Shown here piece after piece: positions 58,291 to 64,000 of a DNA stretch of 64,000 bases. Position 1 is the stretch's first letter. Each line of letters begins with the position of its first letter. The position numbers and the translations under genes were made by a program. The stretch lies in NCBI GenBank assembly GCA_963693365.1, contig CAVNZM010000011.1, positions 5,661,921-5,725,920 on the forward strand. Direction: 5' to 3'. Source of the stretch: Amoebidium appalachense (taxonomy: Eukaryota; Protista; Ichthyosporea). The notes beneath the pieces were generated by a model. The model ran no database searches. It was not told the origin of the DNA and saw only the letters and a program-made list of their open reading frames with translations.

Positions 58291-60180
58291 GCGCACACAC
58301 ACACACGCACACGCACACGCACACGCACATGCACACACGCGCACACGCACACACACACACTCACTCACTCACATGCACGCACGCACAGCTCCTTTCCCGG
58401 GATTATCCCTTCTACCCTCCCCCTCATGTCTCGCTGTTACACCTATATTCCAGCTGCTTATACAACCTATGTCTCTATCCTCCTCATCCGCCCCCTCCTC
58501 TGGACAGCACCTCCGACAACATATGTGTGCTTCGTTTTCTTTAACACACATTACCCCCGTCCCTTTCCACCTGACCCGTTCCCCACAAACACCTGTGCCT
58601 GTGCCTTTCATCCATGCTCCCTTCCACCCCTCCCTCCCTCCCTTTCCCTCCCCCCCCCCCCCCCCCCACCCCGCCCCCCCTCTCCCCACCTCCCTAGGCC
58701 TGATGCCCGTTTCTCCCCCTCCCCCCCCCCCCCTCCCCCCCCCCCCCCCCAAAAAAAAAAAATATAAAAAAATATAAAAAAATAAAAATCCTGCTACCAC
58801 CACTGCACACATGTAGGAAAGAATATAGGAAAAGGTGTTTTATTTTTTTCATACACAATCAGCACTGTGACACACTCTATGCTATTTCTTCATATTCCAG
58901 CATGTTCCTGTCTACATACAACCACTCTGACTTCAGAATCGACATAGACTCTGCAGGTGGCAGTGGGCTGTGGGCAAGGGGACGTGACTCATTCCCCAGA
59001 CGATGTTCATCACGAACTATCCAAGGCCAACGGGGTACTCCCTCGTTGGCCTTTTTTTTATTTATAAACATTTTCTTTACAGGTCCAAATGGGGGAGTGT
59101 GCCCAGGATTTAGATGTTTATCGTGACATACTGTACATTTCTTCCTAGTGGCCAACTTGAATGAATGGCTGTTAATTTAAAATTTGTCGTGCTAATATTA
59201 GAGCCCTCTTTTTAAATTAAATCACAGGAAATGCATGTGCCTAGGGTTTATTATTTATCGTGATATATACTTCTCGCTTCAAGCCAGATTGCAGAAAGTT
59301 CATGGGATGTGTTTATTTGTGAAAAACGGTCTTTTTGGAAACAGGAAACAGAATCACAGCATGTGTTTATGATTATTTTTTATTATTATGAGATATACCT
59401 TCTTTTTACAGGCCGAAATACAGAGTATATACATATGTATGTGCTTTGGTAGAACCTGTGCCAGATACACTTGCCGTGATACACAGGCCAGACCAAATAC
59501 TATGCTGAACACAGGCGCTTGCGCATTTTTGCAGTAGCCTCGTATTACGTCTTCTAATAAAGTAATGACACAGCAGGGTTTGATATGCAACAAGTCTGAT
59601 TTTGGCTCGAGGGCAAACATGCAGGAACATCATAACTCCCATCATAACTCGTGCTGCCTAATCCGCTAATTATTATAAAATCAAATATTCAGTGTGCACA
59701 TGCAGTTATCATGGGTATACGTGCACTTATTGTGCTGTTGGCTGGGCCATAATGATTGCATAGTTGGTGTCTTTTTTTGGCTCTGTACATTTACTGAGCT
59801 CGAGTCTCAGATCTAGATTTACTTCCTTCGTATTCGGTTATAGAGATTCATTTGGTGTCCCTTGTCGTCCCAATAGGATTCAGGTCATCTGGCCCTATGT
59901 GTGTATACGTAGCAGTGCTGTCTCCCTATGTGTGCGCGGTATTAATATGGTGCACGTAATGACCATATATGGCCATGATCATGCGAGTAGATTGCATGCA
60001 TATGGCGGTTGCGATCGGTGGTGTCACATAGTGGGAGCTGTGCCTGTTTAGGGGGAGAACTCTGCTCTTCCTCCCCCCCCCTTCCCCCCCCCTCCCCCCC
60101 CCCCCCCCGCCGCCCCTCCCCACCCCCCCCCCCCCCCCATATGCCCCGGCCGCCCCTCCCCCCACCCTCCCCCCCCCCCT

Positions 60181-60212
<32 letters not shown>

Positions 60213-60422
60213 CCCACCCCCACCCCCACCCACCCACGCACCCACGCACCCACGCACCCACCTGGGCCCTTGAAGTTCCTCACTCTGGATTGACGTGTTT
60301 ATCAGATGGTAACTGTATGAATTCGCATTCGGATTAATATTCCCCTTACGTAAATTCCCCAGCTCCCAATAGTACTAGTTCTCGAGCTCTCCCATTAAGT
60401 TATCATATGGACAGACGTACAC

Positions 60423-60717
60423 TAGCCAAATGTCGACTTGGCGGTACCTGCGGAGTTTCCTTTCCTTTTCTTCCTTTCTTTTTCTTCTATTCTTCTATTC
60501 TTTTCTTCCCTTGTTTTTTTTTTTCTTTTTTTTTCTTCCTTTTTTTCCCCACAGGAGTTTCCTTTCCTTTTCTTCCTTTCTTTTTCTTCTATTCTTCTAT
60601 TCTTTTCTTCCCTTTTTTTTTTTTTTTTTTTTTTTTTCCCTCTTTTTTTCCCCCGGCTGAGCGAAAGTCCCATGGGGTACGGTAGCCAGCCGAGGACGCC
60701 TAGGTGACCCTAGGCTA
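60423..60717. mobile_element. ~295-bp non-autonomous DNA transposon with 9-bp TSD and TAGCC...GGCTA termini
   Basis: Perfect direct repeat gacgtacac at 60414-60422 and 60718-60726; imperfect ~22-bp TIR; interior has a ~100-bp tandem duplication of a pyrimidine tract. Confidence 0.75.
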
Positions 60718-61875
60718 GACGTACACACAATGATGAAAAACACACACGTACACACACCCAAAACTGAGATCTACCTATAGCAATAGAGAGGGGGGGGACT
60801 GCGGCTAATCGCGATTGGTGCATATACTTCAGTGGAAGCTAAGACGGTATTACTGGTTAGGCTATGAGGAAGTTCAACCCCAGATGTCTATTTTTATATA
60901 TACATATATATATATTTTAAAAAAAAGTAGAAGGGTGCAAGGGGTTCTTCCATCGGACACTACCATTGAATTCGAAATAATAATAAGAAGAGCAGGCGTA
61001 CACTCGTGCCCATGCACACACTGTTGCACTGCGGTGCATTGCATATTCACGAGCACGTGTACAATGCAATGCATATAACAGGGCGCTAATACAATGGAAT
61101 TTCGATATATATGGCCAACATAGGCACCGGAAACTAAAAAAAAGAATTTCAGACCAATTAGTTAGCACAGCTGAACAAACGTTGTGGCAAACATGCAACA
61201 GAGGTCAACATCGTGCGAATACATTAGTAGAGCAAGGAACATCCATTACGGAAACGAATCAGCGGTACTCACGTACGCGTGTTTTTTCTCCGGTATTATC
61301 TGATTGTATTTGCGGCTTCACAGCCACCTGTGTACCTGCCACAGATGTGCTATCGCTGACTCACCGGAATGGGGATAAAACTTAACTTATTGTTTGAACT
61401 TGCTTTTTTTGGTTGTCTGTGTAGCACAACTTATTTTGTGTTTTGCGCGTGAACATGTGTGTGTGTGTGTTGATGGTGCAAACCGTTGCATGCATGTGTG
61501 TGTGAACCCAGCTTGACGCAGCAATCTGCTTTGCATGGAAAACAAGAAAGAAAACAAAGAAAGAAAAAATAGGAAAGAAGGAAAGTAAAAAACGAAACGA
61601 ACGTAGTGGTCTTAAATGAACGAGAAAAGAAACACCAACACAATCCACACCTGTATAATAAACTCACGAATCTTTTGCGCGATCCATGCACACACTCCAA
61701 ATTTTGACCCAACACACAAAATTACGACATAATCCCGACACTTCGAATTCAACACACAACTCCTCTAAGCATTGACAGCAAACTTTCCTGAACTACCACA
61801 AAATTCAAGTGGTTTTGTAAGTAGCCTAAAGTCTGAACCAGTTGATTGAATTTCGTCCCGCTGCGAAGGTTATTA

Positions 61876-61985
61876 TTATTGCTTGGAGGCAGCGGCGATG
61901 GCCTTTTGAAGTGCATCGGGGAGGGCCTCGTGGTGTACCTCTGCAGAAAACACACAATCAGAACTGGGCACATGCAGCATGTTTC

Positions 61986-62057
<72 letters not shown>

Positions 62058-62267
62058 ACTCGCGTGTATTCTTTCTTTCGCGCTGACTCATTTCCTGCTT
62101 TCTCTTTTTCTTTCATTTCCTTTTTCCACCCGGGGGGGGGGGGGGGGGGTTGCCCCTCACCGATTCTAAATGGGGAGAAGAATGAATCTGGTCTGGTAGA
62201 ATGTACAATGGCATTTATCTCTCTCTCTCTCTCTCTCTCTCCCCCCCCCCCCCCCCCCCCCTCTCCG

Positions 62268-62298
<31 letters not shown>

Positions 62299-62391
62299 AT
62301 AAAAAAAAACAAAACCTTCCCCTTTCTCCCGTTTCTCTGTGTCTCTAACTGCTGGAGGTGGTGGTACTGGCGCGCGCGCGCGCGCGTGTGT

Positions 62392-62431
<40 letters not shown>

Positions 62432-62623
62432 ATGTGTGTGTGTGCATGTGCATGTGTGTGCATGTGTGCATGTGTGTGTGTGCGTGTGCATGTGTGTGTG
62501 TGTGGTGACGTGTGCACATTGCATGCATGCACGTACGTATAGATGTGCGTGCTTGTGAGTGTGTGTGTGTGAGTGTGTGAGTGTGTGTGTGTGTGTGTGT
62601 GTGGAGGCGGGCGGGCAAAAAAA

Positions 62624-62662
<39 letters not shown>

Positions 62663-62903
62663 CAGGTAAATATCTGCACGCACCAGTCAGGGTTGACATG
62701 ACACCAGCAGGCATGTTGTCTTCGATGTACTTGAGGAATAGCTCCATGGTCTGGTCACTGCAGTCGTACACCTGAGGGATATTTGGGGTTATCTCGTGCC
62801 TGGTGTATCCAATGACTTGAAAAATGTAAAAATGAAAATAAAAAAAATAAAAAAAGAGAAAAAGGAGGGAAGGGGAAGGGTGGGTGCCGGGTGGGTGGGT
62901 GGG

Positions 62904-62951
<48 letters not shown>

Positions 62952-63206
62952 GGAATAGCTCCATGGTGTGGTCACTGCAGCCGTACACTTGACCAAAAAA
63001 AAAAAAAAAAAAAAAGCTATCTCATGCCTGTAATATCCAATCATTAGGAAAGTGCTATTTTTTGGGGGGGAAACAAAAAGAGGGGGGGGGGGGGGGGGGG
63101 GGGGGAGGGGGAAGGGGGGTTAGAGTGCGTTATAGGACACGAAGTACACATTCATGACGGACACAATAATGCAGACTGCAAAGCTCACCTCAAGAGTATG
63201 CATTAG

Positions 63207-63291
<85 letters not shown>

Positions 63292-64000
63292 TGGGGGGGG
63301 GGGGGGGGAGAAGAGGCCACACAGAGAAAGTAGCGAAAATATGTATGTGCGTGTATGCATGTATGCTTGAAATGTGTTTGTGCATGTGTGCATGTGTATG
63401 TGTTTGTGTGCATGAATGTAATAGACTTGCTGATGTGATGGTAAAGGTGGTGGGGTGGTGGTAGAGGAGGGGTCGTGTGTATGCGCGCCTGTGTGTGTGC
63501 ATGTGTGTGTGTGTGTGTGTGCGCACACGCGTGTGTGTATGTGGGAAGGGGGGGAGTGTTGCACACATACCTCTACGAGCCTGTTGTGTGTGATCTTGGC
63601 AAACAGCTCCTTGTGTTTCTTGTGCACGTGGGGGGACTTGAGCACCTGGATCAGCCGCCTGTGCGTGGGCAGCGCAATGCGCCCGCTCACGGGAATGTCA
63701 AACGCTGCAAGTAGGCATTGTTAGTTTTTCTTCCTTTTTTTTGCTTTTTTCTTTTTGTTGATTTTTCCTTTTTCCTTTTTTTTTATAAATAAAGGTTCTA
63801 TGAGTGGATGGAGGCATGGTTTGCCTGATCACGCAAAAGCATTCTGGGTAGCGGGTTGATTGTTGTTGATATTGTTCCTATTTCTAGTGTGTCGCAAAAA
63901 TGTTGGGGAGGTCGTGTAAAACCCATTATTCAAGTTTGATGAGCTACGGGGACTCGTGACAACTGCACTGCACACGAAGCAGCCATAGATATACCGTCGC
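61876..64000 (-). CDS. MRPS10: Mitochondrial ribosomal protein uS10m (partial, 5' exons outside the window)
   Basis: Exons 63704-63571, 62771-62684 and 61940-61876 give SGRIALPTHRRLIQVLKSPHVHKKHKELFAKITHNRLVEVYDCSDQTMELFLKYIEDNMPAGV...ASKQ-stop, with the uS10 LPT...SPHVHK...TH.RL motif and the mitochondrial-type FL.YI..N.P.GV tail. Possible upstream donor at ~63994. Confidence 0.85.
62951..63044 (-). other. Intronic duplicate of an MRPS10 intron-exon junction with inactivated acceptor
   Basis: attggatattacaggcatgagata...caa|gtgtacggctgcagtgaccacaccatggagctattcc versus the true attggatacaccaggcacgagata...cag|gtgtacgactgcagtgaccagaccatggagctattcc. Confidence 0.85.
63121..63210 (-). repeat. Copy of the ~130-bp intronic dispersed element (sense to MRPS10)
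   Basis: Minus strand atgcatactctt...ctgcattattgtgtccgtcatgaatgtgtacttcgtg...gcactctaac followed by a C tract. Confidence 0.7.

Overview
Eukaryotic genomic DNA, species not identifiable from sequence alone. Genes are intron-dense and the introns are packed with poly-G/poly-C, (CA)n/(GT)n and (GA)n tracts, so nearly all ORFs in the six-frame track are low-complexity artefacts. Manual splicing recovers five genes: (1) an intronless, GC-rich sugar-porter MFS transporter (1218-2915, -); (2) a 13-exon mitochondrial-type ABCB10/MDL1-like half transporter (6780-22322, -); (3) a divergently transcribed 9-exon double-domain SGNH/GDSL hydrolase (23197-30306, +); (4) a ~29-exon XPG/Rad2 nuclease (32441-56111, -); (5) the 3' part of mitochondrial ribosomal protein uS10m (61876 to window end, -). 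The most striking signals concern splicing. XPG appears to carry three minor-spliceosome (U12-type) introns: GT-AG, AT-AC and a non-canonical AT-AA. Splice signals are repeatedly duplicated into the neighbouring intron, including extra donors, decoy acceptors, a branch-point array and an AG|GTAAGT recursive-splice-like site. Several acceptors have (CA)n instead of a polypyrimidine tract. A ~130-bp dispersed element recurs in introns, mostly in the sense orientation. Also present are small TIR-bounded non-autonomous transposons and a 44-bp minisatellite upstream of XPG. No rRNA, tRNA or CRISPR array was seen. Exon coordinates were read by hand and may be off by a few bases, and homopolymer lengths may be assembly-dependent.
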